64,000 nt of DNA from Myxococcota bacterium. Its GTDB lineage: Bacteria > Myxococcota_A > UBA9160 > UBA6930. The translations under genes were made by a program, and so were the position numbers. The notes below the pieces were generated by a model, which was given only the letters and a program-made list of their open reading frames with translations, searched no databases and was not told the DNA's origin. Each line of letters opens with the position of its first letter. Within the stretch, counting starts at the first letter, position 1. This document shows, in pieces, positions 38,270-48,005 of this stretch. Location: contig OZ245002.1 in NCBI GenBank assembly GCA_965223415.1, positions 4,352,001-4,416,000 of the forward strand, given 5' to 3'.

Positions 38270-39460
38270 TTAGCCCTCGGCTTCTCTCCGCCAGCGGACC
38301 AGCCAGCCGGCGAGCGCTTCCGGGGTGTTGCGGCTCGGATCCTCGAGCACGCGGTCCGCGAGGAAGGCGAGGGCCTGGCCGATGCGGGGGCCCGCCGGCT
38401 CGCCGAGCGCCTCCATCACGTCGCGGCCGGACCAGGCCAGGGTGGGAGCCTCGGCGGCGGTCATCGCGTCCGCGAGCTCGCGCAGCTCCGCGAGCCGGGC
38501 CAGGGGCGCGGCGATCGGCTCGTCTCCCAGGGTCAGCTCCTCCTCCCGAAGCACGCAGAGCCCCTCGAAGGCCTCGCGGCCGCCGAGCCGGCGGAGCGCC
38601 TTGCCGAGGCTGCCCGGTCGCGGCGCGACCATCCGGTCGACGGGGTGGAAGGCCAGTCGCCGCTCGATGGCCCGGCTGCGGTCGCGCGGCATGCGCAGCC
38701 GCGCCAGCACGCGGCCCGCCTGCCCTCCGCGCAGCCAGCCGGTCCAGCGCAAGACCCGATCCGCGGGCAACCGGCGGAGGAGCTGCGCGGCGTCCGGGCG
38801 CGCGCGGGGGGCGAGGGCCTGCTCGAGGCCGGTCTCCCGGAGCCAGGCGAGGGCCCGGTCCGGAGCCTCGGCCAGGAGCAGCGCTTCCAGCTCGAGTCGC
38901 AGCCGCGCGCCCAGGGCCTCCGGCAGGGCCGCCACCGCCGCGGCTGCGGCCCGGCCGAGGGCCTCGCTCGCGGCCAGGTCCAGCTCGGCCATCAGGCGAG
39001 CCGCGGCGACGGCGATCAGCGGATGGGCGAGGCGCGCAGCGCCTCCTGCCGGGCCGACGCGCCCGGCCACCAGGTCGGCACGCCCGTCCCAGGTATCCAC
39101 CCATTCGCCCGAGAGCGGCTCCAGGCCGAAGGCGGTCACGCTGAGGGTCGCGTCGGCCAGGGCCTTCTCGAGGGGGGCGCCTGCCGCTGCCAGCTCGACG
39201 ACCAGCGGGTGGGTTCCCGGCCCCGGCGCGGGGGCGAGCGCACGGCGCCCCACGCGGATCGGCCCGCCCGGCGGCCCCGCCACCGCGCCGGCGAGGCTGA
39301 GCAGGGCATCCCCGTCGGCTTCGCACAGCAGCCGCAGGTCGCGCGGAGCGCGGCCGGCGAAGAGCTCGCGGGCGGCGCGTCCCACGACGAGGCAGCGGAC
39401 ACCCCGGGCGAGGAGCACGGCCGCGAGGTCTCGAACGGGTTCCGGAACGGGGGTGCTCAC
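38270..39460 (-). CDS. Divergent CCA-adding enzyme / poly(A) polymerase-like protein with degenerate active site
   Basis: Collinear with class II nucleotidyltransferases: LVVGRAARE..., VDTWDGRADL, ARLRLELEALL, SGRDVM...GPRIGQAL...VLEDPSRNTPEAL. Confidence 0.7.
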   Translation of the reverse strand: MSTPVPEPVRDLAAVLLARGVRCLVVGRAARELFAGRAPRDLRLLCEADGDALLSLAGAVAGPPGGPIRVGRRALAPAPGPGTHPLVVELAAAGAPLEKALADATLSVTAFGLEPLSGEWVDTWDGRADLVAGRVGPAGGAARLAHPLIAVAAARLMAELDLAASEALGRAAAAAVAALPEALGARLRLELEALLLAEAPDRALAWLRETGLEQALAPRARPDAAQLLRRLPADRVLRWTGWLRGGQAGRVLARLRMPRDRSRAIERRLAFHPVDRMVAPRPGSLGKALRRLGGREAFEGLCVLREEELTLGDEPIAAPLARLAELRELADAMTAAEAPTLAWSGRDVMEALGEPAGPRIGQALAFLADRVLEDPSRNTPEALAGWLVRWRREAEG

Positions 39461-39561
39461 CCAGGGAGTGTACGCGCGCCTCCGAGCCGGGCTCGCACGG
39501 CCGGGCCCCCGGCCCCCGGCGGCGCGGGCTCCACGGGGCCGGATGGGCGATACCCCGGGGC

Positions 39562-41331
39562 GTGACCCGGCTCTTCTTCCGCATGCCCGGGGTGCCACTC
39601 GATGTGGACGAGGTGTGGCGACGCCTCGGCCGGCCCGGTGCCCGCAAGCAGCCGCTGCGCCGCGCCTCGCCGGGGAAGGACGGCTTCGCGCCCGGCGAGC
39701 CGGTGACCGGCAGGCGCCTCGAGGCGGGCCGCGCCTTCTGCGTGGAGGTCCGGCCGGTGCGGCACTTCCGGCCGCCGGAGGCCCCGCACCTCCGCGTCCT
39801 GTGCGGGCCCCTGGCCTGGCCCGAGGGCGAGGCGCCCGGCCTACGCTTCCGCACCGTTGCGGAACGGGGTCTCCTCCGGGAGCTCGCGATCGAGCTCGAC
39901 ACGCCGGCGCCGGGGTTGGCGCTGGACGGGCTGGCTGTCCTCGGTGCGCCGGCCCTCGGCGACGTCCGTCGCGGTGGCGTGCTGGTGGCGGGGGGGCTGC
40001 GGGTGCGCGAGGCGGGCACCCCGCCGCCGCCCACCTGGTGGCCCGACGAGCCCGCCTTTCCTCCCGACGACCTCGTGCCGGACGTGCCGGTCTCCAGCGC
40101 CACCGCCCGCGCCCTCGAAGGCGGCCATCCGTGGGTGCGCGCCGACGCAGGGCTGGGGGACGTCGGCTGCGTGCCCGTCGGCGGACGCATCCGGCTGCGC
40201 GGGCCCGATGGGCGCGATCTCGGCCTGGCCCGCTCGGACGGGGAGGGCGACCTGGCTGCCCGGCGCTGGGCCGGGCCCGGCGACGAGGGGGCCAGCACGG
40301 CGGAACGGGTCGCGGCGGCGGTGGCGCGGCGCGCGGCCCTCCACGCCGCCGCCGACGACACCGACGCCTATCGCCTGGTCCACGCCGAGGCCGACGGTCT
40401 GCCGGGACTGGTGGTCGATCGGTTGGGTCCGGTGGTGCGGGTGCTCGTCCAGGGCCGCGCGGCCCTGGGCCTGCGCTCGCAGGCGATCGCCGCCCTGCGC
40501 GCAGGCCTGGCCGACCCGCTCGGCGCAGCGCCGGCGATCTTGGAGGTGACGAACCTGCAGCGGCCCCGGGGAAGCCGCCTCCGGGGGGTGCACGCCCACG
40601 ATCCCCTGCCCGTCGACGAGGCCGGTCGCCTCGTGGTGCGGGAGGCGGGCCTTCGCTTCCGGGTCGATCCCGGATTCGCCGAGCCGTACCGCCCACGCCC
40701 GGGCATCGGCCTGTTCCTCGACCAGCGCGAGAACCGCCGGCGCCTCCGCGCCGAAGCCCGGGGTGGGCGCTTCGCCAACCTGTTCGCCCACACCGGCGCC
40801 TTCAGCCTGGCGCTGCTAGCCGGCGGAGCCGCAGAGGTGTGGAGCGTCGATCTCTCGCGCGCTTACCTCGCACGGCTCGAGGAGAATCTCGAGCTCAACG
40901 GGCTCGGCGCGGCCGGCCATCACGGGGTGCGTCGCGATGCGCGCCGCTTCCTGGAAGAGCGGGCGCAGGACGCACCCCGCTTCGATGGCATCGTGGTCGA
41001 TCCGCCGACGGCGGCCGCTTCCGGGCGCCGCTACTGGAGCGTGCGTCGGGATCTCGGGCCGCTCCTGGCGCGGGCCTGGCGGCAGCTCGCGCCCGGCGGG
41101 TGGCTGCTCGTGACCCGCAACCTGCGGGATCGACGGGGCGGGCTGGCCAGCCTCGCGCAGGAGGCCGCCGCAGCCGGCGGCGGCGGCCTCGACCGCCTCG
41201 AGCAGGCGCCGCCGGGGCCGGATTTCCCGCGCCTGCCCGGCTTCCCGGAGGGCGACCCCTTCGAGGGGCAACTCATGCGCAAGTCGCGGGGGGAAACCGC
41301 CATGCAGCACGGTTCTCTCGCAACTCCCTGA
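39562..41331 (+). CDS. RlmI/RlmK-like SAM-dependent RNA methyltransferase with long N-terminal extension
   Basis: GHPWV (PUA), YRLVHAEADGLPGLVVD, GLFLDQRENR, NLFAHTGAFS, SVDLS, VVDPPT. Confidence 0.85.
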   Translation: MTRLFFRMPGVPLDVDEVWRRLGRPGARKQPLRRASPGKDGFAPGEPVTGRRLEAGRAFCVEVRPVRHFRPPEAPHLRVLCGPLAWPEGEAPGLRFRTVAERGLLRELAIELDTPAPGLALDGLAVLGAPALGDVRRGGVLVAGGLRVREAGTPPPPTWWPDEPAFPPDDLVPDVPVSSATARALEGGHPWVRADAGLGDVGCVPVGGRIRLRGPDGRDLGLARSDGEGDLAARRWAGPGDEGASTAERVAAAVARRAALHAAADDTDAYRLVHAEADGLPGLVVDRLGPVVRVLVQGRAALGLRSQAIAALRAGLADPLGAAPAILEVTNLQRPRGSRLRGVHAHDPLPVDEAGRLVVREAGLRFRVDPGFAEPYRPRPGIGLFLDQRENRRRLRAEARGGRFANLFAHTGAFSLALLAGGAAEVWSVDLSRAYLARLEENLELNGLGAAGHHGVRRDARRFLEERAQDAPRFDGIVVDPPTAAASGRRYWSVRRDLGPLLARAWRQLAPGGWLLVTRNLRDRRGGLASLAQEAAAAGGGGLDRLEQAPPGPDFPRLPGFPEGDPFEGQLMRKSRGETAMQHGSLATP

Positions 41332-41446
41332 TTCTCCTCGAAATTTCTCGCGACATTTTTTTTTCCCCGCGGCCACTCACCAGGTGAGCCGATGCAACCG
41401 CTCCTCCGGGCGGTGGCTCGTTGGAGGGTGAGAGGAGTTGATGCCC

Positions 41447-42187
41447 ATGACCGCCAAGCCTTCGTTCCACCGGGTCCGCGCCCTGCTGCTGGCCGCCGCG
41501 CTCGTCGTCACGAGCGCCGCTGCCTCCGCGACCCCGGTCGATCTCTTCTTCAACGGCACCGTGCCGTCCTCGGACGGGAACTTCTACGGGCTCTCGGCCC
41601 AGGCACAGACCGACTTCCTGGCCAACGGCGGCCAGGTGCTCGGCGGCATGCCGATGTTCTCGCTGGTCGGAATGAAGATGACCATCGCGAACCCGTTGGA
41701 CATCACGGCGAACTACGTGCCAGGAGGACCTAACTTCCTGACCAACCCGGCGCAGGATCAGAACACCTGGAGCTTCACGGCGAACCAGCAGCTGAACGAC
41801 GTGTGGATCGTGCTCCGCGGCCACGACCCGACCGACGTCCTGGGCATCAACAACTTCGCTGGGGGCTATCTGCCCCAGAACGTGGGGCTCAACATCGACC
41901 CCATGAGCACGACCGACATCTGGCGAATGGTGAACCTGCCGGCCATGGGTGGAGAGCCGGCGACTTCCTATCTTGCGCTCTACCTCGGGGATCTGGCTCC
42001 GGGGCAGACCGTGACGAAGACGTTCTTCTACCGCGTCACGCAGGACATCATCACCAACCCCTCGTCGGGAGATCTCCAATTTCCGCAGCATCTCGTTGGC
42101 CTGATGTTTGCCCCGGTGCCCGAGGCCGGAACCCTGCTGCTCCTCGCGACCGGCTTGGCCGCGGCGCTGCGCAGCCGCCGCGCGTGA
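41447..42187 (+). CDS. PEP-CTERM sorting domain protein
   Basis: Signal peptide ending ASA-TP; C-terminal VPEAGTLLLLATGLAAALRSRRA. Confidence 0.85.
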   Translation: MTAKPSFHRVRALLLAAALVVTSAAASATPVDLFFNGTVPSSDGNFYGLSAQAQTDFLANGGQVLGGMPMFSLVGMKMTIANPLDITANYVPGGPNFLTNPAQDQNTWSFTANQQLNDVWIVLRGHDPTDVLGINNFAGGYLPQNVGLNIDPMSTTDIWRMVNLPAMGGEPATSYLALYLGDLAPGQTVTKTFFYRVTQDIITNPSSGDLQFPQHLVGLMFAPVPEAGTLLLLATGLAAALRSRRA

Positions 42188-43815
42188 GCCTCCGCCGGGT
42201 CGCTGCCAGCCTGGCCGCGGCTCTGCTGCTGGCGGCGCCCACGGACACCTTCGCGCAGGACGATGCGGCCACGTCGCGGGCCGCCGTCCTCGAGCGCTCC
42301 GGCCGCTGCAGCGAAGCCCTGGATGTCCTGTCCGGGGTGGGTTCGCCCAGCGCGGATCAGCGCTTCCTCCGCGGGCGCTGTCACATCCAGCTCACCCAAT
42401 ATCCCGCCGCCGTCACGGAGCTTGGCCAGGCCCGCAGTGCCGACCCGACGCTGCCCCACGTCGAGCTCTACTACGGCATGGCCGCGTATCACCTCGGGGA
42501 CATCCCGGCAGCGGAGGAGGCGATCGCCAAGGCGCGGGCCGGCTCGCAGGATCGGGCGGAGCTGCACCTGTACGACGGGCTCCTCGCCCTGCGTCGCAAG
42601 CAGAGCGCCGAGGCGGCGGCCTCGCTGGAGCGCGCGCGGGCCATGTCGGACTCGGTCGAGCCCACGGCTTCCTACTACGCCGGGCTCGCCTACGCCGGGG
42701 CCGACGACGCAGACCGGGCCGTCGTGGCCCTGGACCGGGTGATCGCGATGGAGCCCGCGGGCAGCGAGTGGGCGGAGGAGGCCCGCAAGGCCAAGGAGCG
42801 CCTCGACACGGCCGAGGGCGGGTCCTGGTGGGCTTGGGGCAAGTTCGGCGTCGAGTACGACGACAACGTCGTCTTGCGCCACCAGGGCGGCCTGCTGCCC
42901 CGGGGCATCAGCGGCGTCCACGACATGCGCGCTGTCTGGATCCTCCACGGCGGCTGGGAGTTCATCCGCGAGAAGGAGTGGTCGGCGGGCACGGCCTTGA
43001 CCTACTACGGCTCGTCCCACTTCGATCTCGAGGACTTCAATCAGCACAACCCGGTGGTGAGCCTGTGGGTCGACCGGCGGCTGGCGAAGCCCACGACCCT
43101 GCGCCTCCGCTACGACCTGAGCCACTCCTGGATCGACAGCGATCCCTTCCTCCACAGCCACACGCTCACGCCCACCCTCTTCCACGAGTGGGGAGAGGCG
43201 GCCGGCCGCTCCAAGGTCTTCGCCTCCTTCTACGACTACAACTTCCTCTACGAGGACGACGGCGAGGTGCCGGACGGCCGCGGGCGGGCGTTCTCGCGCT
43301 GCCTCAGCCCCGGCACGCTCTTCTGCTCGCCGCCGGGCATCCGCGAGGGCGAGGATCGCAACCAGGACGGCTGGGGAATCGCGGCCGGCGTGGACCACTC
43401 GATCCCGCTGGGCTTCGCAGACACCGAGCTCACCCTCGGCTACCGCTGGGACCGCTACAGCTCTCGGGGCAGCGAGTACTCCTTCAGCGCCCACCAGTTC
43501 CGGGTCGAAACGGATACGCAGCTCCCGCACGACTTCCAGCTGCGCACCCTGGTGGCCTACACGCTGCGACCCTACCGGAACAACTCCAGCTTCCCGGATC
43601 CCCAGGACGTCTTCTTCAATCTCGAGTACCCGCTGCAGAACGAGAACCGCCGGGACGACGCCTGGTACTTCGCGGTGGAGCTCGAGAAGAAGATCACGGA
43701 CGCGTTTTCGGCTGAAGTGGCGTACCGCTACATCAAGAACCACTCCAACGTGGCGGTTTTCGACTATGACCGGGAGATCCTCGGCTTCTACGTCACCTAT
43801 CGGCTCGAGGAGTGA
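42184..43815 (+). CDS. TPR-repeat plus C-terminal outer-membrane beta-barrel protein
   Basis: Signal peptide; TPR-like helices (YYGMAAYHLG, YYAGLAY); GVEYDDNV barrel start; amphipathic strands ending SNVAVFDYDR...YVTYRL. Confidence 0.8.
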   Translation: MSLRRVAASLAAALLLAAPTDTFAQDDAATSRAAVLERSGRCSEALDVLSGVGSPSADQRFLRGRCHIQLTQYPAAVTELGQARSADPTLPHVELYYGMAAYHLGDIPAAEEAIAKARAGSQDRAELHLYDGLLALRRKQSAEAAASLERARAMSDSVEPTASYYAGLAYAGADDADRAVVALDRVIAMEPAGSEWAEEARKAKERLDTAEGGSWWAWGKFGVEYDDNVVLRHQGGLLPRGISGVHDMRAVWILHGGWEFIREKEWSAGTALTYYGSSHFDLEDFNQHNPVVSLWVDRRLAKPTTLRLRYDLSHSWIDSDPFLHSHTLTPTLFHEWGEAAGRSKVFASFYDYNFLYEDDGEVPDGRGRAFSRCLSPGTLFCSPPGIREGEDRNQDGWGIAAGVDHSIPLGFADTELTLGYRWDRYSSRGSEYSFSAHQFRVETDTQLPHDFQLRTLVAYTLRPYRNNSSFPDPQDVFFNLEYPLQNENRRDDAWYFAVELEKKITDAFSAEVAYRYIKNHSNVAVFDYDREILGFYVTYRLEE

Positions 43816-43840
43816 CTCACTGGTCGAGGAGGTCTCACCC

Positions 43841-44812
43841 ATGACCTGCACACGACTTGCAATGGCCCTGCTGCTGGCCTGCCTGGCCATGCCCGCCTTC
43901 GCGGGGGGCGACCCCGAGGGGGCGGATGCCGGATCGAACGGAGCCGGTGATCGCACCGCCGCCGATCTCCCTCCGGTTTCCTCCGCGCCTCCCCTTGCCG
44001 GCGCGCCGGCGGATCTCTCCTGCAACGGGGATCCCGACCAGATCGTCGGTCACGTCGTGGCCCTGGCGGGTTCGGTCCATGCCCAGCGGCCCGGTGAGGA
44101 CCAGCGGGCACTCGCCTGCAACGATGCGATCCACGCCTGCGACACGCTCCTCACCACCGCGGGCTCGCGGGTCGGCGTGCTGACGGGCAACCTCTACGCC
44201 CATGTCGACACGGACAGCCGGCTGCAGATCGGAACGGCCGGTGACCAGCCGAGCCTGATGCTCCACGCCGGCGGGCTGCGGGTGATCGACCCCCGGGGTG
44301 CCGGCGCCGCGGCCGTGCCGATGAGCACGCCCCACGTGGCGACCCAGGCCCTCGGCACGGACACGGAGCTGTTCGTGAGCGACCCGAGTCGCACCCGCCT
44401 GTGCAACCACCTGGCTTCGCTCCGGGTGGCCGGCACCGGTGGCGGTGATCCCCTGGACCTGGCCAGTGGCTGCGCGGTGAGCTCCGGCCTCGGCGTCGCG
44501 GCGGCACCCGCCTCGGATCCGAGCATCGGCGTGCAGGAAACGCCGAGCTGCGAGATCGAGCTGGCGGGGATGTTCACGCCGTATGACGTGTCGGCGGACA
44601 TCGGCTTCGACGCGTTCCCGAACGTGGCCGCGGCCGACAACTGGCGGCGCGGGGCCTGCGAGGCGAGTAACTGCCGCAACCAGGTCACGCCGCAGCCTCC
44701 GCCGCGCCGGATCATCCCGCCGCGGCCGCCCTCGCGCTTCCGCGTGGTCGATCCCACGCCCGGCACCGGCTGCGGCGGCGCGGGCTTCGGCTGCGGAGGC
44801 AACAACGACTAG
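43841..44812 (+). CDS. Secreted FecR-domain protein, Cys-rich
   Basis: Signal peptide (AFA); VGHVVALAGSV, DTLLTTAGSRV, LHAGGLR, STPHVATQALGTD. Confidence 0.7.
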   Translation: MTCTRLAMALLLACLAMPAFAGGDPEGADAGSNGAGDRTAADLPPVSSAPPLAGAPADLSCNGDPDQIVGHVVALAGSVHAQRPGEDQRALACNDAIHACDTLLTTAGSRVGVLTGNLYAHVDTDSRLQIGTAGDQPSLMLHAGGLRVIDPRGAGAAAVPMSTPHVATQALGTDTELFVSDPSRTRLCNHLASLRVAGTGGGDPLDLASGCAVSSGLGVAAAPASDPSIGVQETPSCEIELAGMFTPYDVSADIGFDAFPNVAAADNWRRGACEASNCRNQVTPQPPPRRIIPPRPPSRFRVVDPTPGTGCGGAGFGCGGNND

Positions 44813-44927
44813 GCCCCGGGCCTTCTCGATGCTCCCGACGGGGGAGACGGCTTTGCCGTCTCCCCCGTTCTGCTATGCACCGGGCTCGACGTCCGCTGAC
44901 GAAGCGTGGCGAATAGGAGGGGACGAC

Positions 44928-45611
44928 ATGGCTCGCCTCGGCGGCGATCTCGAGTTCGCCAGCAACGGGGAGACGACGCGTGGCTACCTGGCCACCCCCG
45001 CGTCCGGCAACGGCCCCGGCGTGGTGGTGATCCAGGAGTGGTGGGGGCTGGTGGACCACATCCGGGACGTCTGCGACCGGCTGGCCCGGGAGGGCTTCGT
45101 CGCCCTGGCGCCGGACCTCTACCGCGGTGAGGCCACCACCGATCCGGACGCCGCCGGGCGCTTGATGATGGATCTGGAGCTGCCTCGGGCCGCCCGCGAC
45201 CTGGACGCTGCCGTCCAGGCCGTGCTGGGCCACGAGGCCGTTCGCGGCAGCCGCGTCGGGGTGCTGGGCTTCTGCATGGGGGGCCAGCTCGCCCTGGACG
45301 CTGCGACCCGCAACCCGCGCATCGGCGCGGTCGTCGACTGCTACGGCATCCACCCGAACGTGCAGCTCGATCTCTCCGGCCTCGAGGCGTCGGTAATGGG
45401 CATCTTCGCCGAGCACGACGAGTTCGTGCCCATGGAGAGCGCCCGCAAGCTCGAGTCGGACCTCCGGGCCGCCGGGAAGCGCGCCGACTTCACCATCTTC
45501 TCCGGCGCCCAGCACGCCTTCATGAACGACACCCGCCCGGACGTCCACGACGCCGAGCTCGCCGCCCGCGCCTGGAGCCAGCTCCTCACCTTCCTCCGCG
45601 CCGAGCTCTAG
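44928..45611 (+). CDS. Dienelactone hydrolase family protein
   Basis: IQEWWGL, APDLY, GFCMGG, HAF; AGGAGG RBS. Confidence 0.93.
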   Translation: MARLGGDLEFASNGETTRGYLATPASGNGPGVVVIQEWWGLVDHIRDVCDRLAREGFVALAPDLYRGEATTDPDAAGRLMMDLELPRAARDLDAAVQAVLGHEAVRGSRVGVLGFCMGGQLALDAATRNPRIGAVVDCYGIHPNVQLDLSGLEASVMGIFAEHDEFVPMESARKLESDLRAAGKRADFTIFSGAQHAFMNDTRPDVHDAELAARAWSQLLTFLRAEL

Positions 45612-45616
45612 CACAA

Positions 45617-45694
45617 CGCAAGAGTGGGGACGTTCCTTGCATCTTGCGCTTTCGTCAGAAAGCGCAAGATGCAAGGAACGTCCCCACTCTTGCG
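45617..45694. repeat. Perfect 37-bp inverted repeat (REP/MITE-like, possible bidirectional terminator)
   Basis: CGCAAGAGTGGGGACGTTCCTTGCATCTTGCGCTTTC, loop GTCA, then the exact reverse complement; lies between convergent stops. Confidence 0.9.
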
Positions 45695-45703
45695 GTCTCG
45701 GGG

Positions 45704-46093
45704 TTAGGGCTCGAGGACGTCGACGGTCTCGCCGGCGGGCAGCGGTGGGATGAGCTCGGCGGTGAGAGCGAGGCCGCCGGGGCAGGGCTCGAGGATGGCC
45801 TCGGCGAGGGTGCCGTCGCGGAGCTGCATGAACAGGAAGATCTCCCGCGCGGCGTCGCTCTCGGACTGGCGCGCGCGCTCCGAGACCCGGGCGGCGGCCA
45901 GGAAGTGGCCGGCGGCGGCCTGGGTGTCGTCGCCGCTGAGCTGGCGGAAGCCGATCTCGCGGGGCGCGCCGAAGCCGCTCACCATCGGGCGGTGGCCGGG
46001 CCGCAGGTGGAGGCGCTGGGCGGCGGTGGCGGCGGCGTAGCGGAGCATGCGCTCGAGGGTGTCTTCATCGAGCGGCTGGACGAGATCGAGCAA
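45704..46093 (-). CDS. Small hypothetical protein resembling the N-terminal domain of PilT-type ATPases
   Basis: LERMLRYAAATAAQRLHLRPGHRPMV...LSGDDT; start uncertain (TTG 46093 or ATG 46048). Confidence 0.5.
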   Translation of the reverse strand: MLDLVQPLDEDTLERMLRYAAATAAQRLHLRPGHRPMVSGFGAPREIGFRQLSGDDTQAAAGHFLAAARVSERARQSESDAAREIFLFMQLRDGTLAEAILEPCPGGLALTAELIPPLPAGETVDVLEP

Positions 46094-46146
46094 GGCGGAG
46101 TCCCCCTGGAGTTCAGGGGACTTGTCGGCTCGACTTGCCGGCTCCT

Positions 46147-47967
46147 TTAGCGCTTCCGGAGGTTCGCCTGGAGCACCCGCTTGCGCAGCCGGAGCTGCTT
46201 CGGGGTCACCTCGAGGAGTTCGTCGTCCTCGATCCACTCGAGGGCGCTCTCGATCGTGATGGGGCGGGGCGGAGACACCACGGTCGCCTCGTCCCGGCCG
46301 GCGGCGCGGATGTTGGTGAGCTTCTTCTGCCGGCAGACGTTCACGTTCATGTCCCCGGCCCGCCGGTTCTCGCCCACCACCTGGCCCTCGTAGACCGGCA
46401 CGCCGGGACCGAGGAAGAGGGTGGCCCGCTCCTGGATGTTGAAGAGCGCGTAGGGCGTGGTCTTGCCCGCCTCGCTGGCGACGATCGCGCCGACCTGCCG
46501 CCCCTCGAGCGGGCCGGCGTGAGGCTCGTAGCCCTTCACCGTGCGGTGCAGGATGCCCTCGCCGCGGGTGTCGGTCAGGAACTCGCTGCGGTAGCCGAAG
46601 AGCGAGCGCGAGGGCACCACGAAGTGGAGGTGCATGCGTTGGCCGCGCGGCTCCATCGAGACCATGCGGCCGCGCCGGGCCGAGAGCTTCTCCATCACCG
46701 AGCCCGAGGCGGTCTCCGGCACCTCGATCATCACGTCCTCGACCGGCTCGCAGGTCTTGCCGTCCACCTCCCGCGGGATGATCTCCGGCCGGGACACGCT
46801 GAACTCGTAGCCCTCGCGGCGCATGGTCTCGATCAACACGGCGATCTGCAGCTCGCCGCGCCCGGCCACCTCGAAGATCTCCGGCGACTCGGTCTCCTCG
46901 ATGCGGATCGAGACGTTGGTGAGGGCCTCGCGCGCGAGCCGCTCGCCCACCTGCCGGCTGGTGAGGAAGCGTCCGTCCTGCCCGGCGAAGGCCGAGGTGT
47001 TCACCGAAAAGCGCACGCGGATGGTCGGCGGATCGATGGCGATGCGCGGGCGCGGCTCCGGGGCCTCGCGATCGCAGATGGTGTCGCCGATCTCGATGGT
47101 GTCGACGCCGGCGAGGATGACGATGTCCCCGGCTCGGCCCTCGTCCAGCTCGACGCGCTCGAGCCCCCGCGTTCCGAAGAGCTTGGTGATGCGGAAGGGC
47201 TCGGCAACGCCGTCCTCGGCGAGCCGCACCACGGTGGTGCCGCGCTTCATGCACCCGCGCTCGACCCGGCCGATCACCAGCCTCCCCAGGAACTCGTCGT
47301 AGCCCAGGGTCACGGCCTGGAACTGCAGGGAGCCGTCCGGGTCCACCTCCGGCGCCGGGGCGTGCTCGAGGATGGCGTCCAGGAGCGGACGGAGGTCCTC
47401 CATCGGGCTCTCGGCGCGGGTGCCGGCCACGCCGGCCTTGGCGGAGCAGTACACCACCGGGAAGTCGAGCTGCCGGTCGTCGGCGCCGAGCTCGACCAGC
47501 AGGTCGAAGACCTCGTCCACCACCGCCTCCGCCCGCTGCTCCGGCCGGTCGATCTTGTTCACGACCAGGATCGGCCGCAGCCCGTGCTCGAGGGCCTTGC
47601 CCAGCACGAAGCGGGTCTGGGGCATCACCCCCTCCACCGCGTCGACCAGCAGCAGCACCCCGTCCACCATGCCGAGCACCCGCTCGACCTCGCCGCCGAA
47701 GTCGGCGTGGCCCGGTGTGTCCACGAGCTGGATGCGCACGCCCTCGAAGTCGATCGCCGTGTTCTTGGCGACGATCGTGATGCCGCGCTCGCGCTCCAGG
47801 TCCTGGCTGTCCATGGCCCGATCCTCCACCTGCTGGTGGCTGGCGACCGCACCGGTGAAGCGGAACAGGCCGTCGACCAGCGTCGTCTTGCCGTGATCGA
47901 CGTGGGCGATGATGGCCAGGTTGCGCAGATCCTTGCGCGGGGTGGGGCGGGTCTCCGCAGGGCTCAT
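46147..47967 (-). CDS. typA: Translational GTPase TypA/BipA
   Basis: [62 protein letters not shown]. Confidence 0.97.
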   Translation of the reverse strand: MSPAETRPTPRKDLRNLAIIAHVDHGKTTLVDGLFRFTGAVASHQQVEDRAMDSQDLERERGITIVAKNTAIDFEGVRIQLVDTPGHADFGGEVERVLGMVDGVLLLVDAVEGVMPQTRFVLGKALEHGLRPILVVNKIDRPEQRAEAVVDEVFDLLVELGADDRQLDFPVVYCSAKAGVAGTRAESPMEDLRPLLDAILEHAPAPEVDPDGSLQFQAVTLGYDEFLGRLVIGRVERGCMKRGTTVVRLAEDGVAEPFRITKLFGTRGLERVELDEGRAGDIVILAGVDTIEIGDTICDREAPEPRPRIAIDPPTIRVRFSVNTSAFAGQDGRFLTSRQVGERLAREALTNVSIRIEETESPEIFEVAGRGELQIAVLIETMRREGYEFSVSRPEIIPREVDGKTCEPVEDVMIEVPETASGSVMEKLSARRGRMVSMEPRGQRMHLHFVVPSRSLFGYRSEFLTDTRGEGILHRTVKGYEPHAGPLEGRQVGAIVASEAGKTTPYALFNIQERATLFLGPGVPVYEGQVVGENRRAGDMNVNVCRQKKLTNIRAAGRDEATVVSPPRPITIESALEWIEDDELLEVTPKQLRLRKRVLQANLRKR

Positions 47968-48005
47968 GGGCGGCGGAACCTAGCAGTCCCGAGGGGCCCG
48001 TCGAA

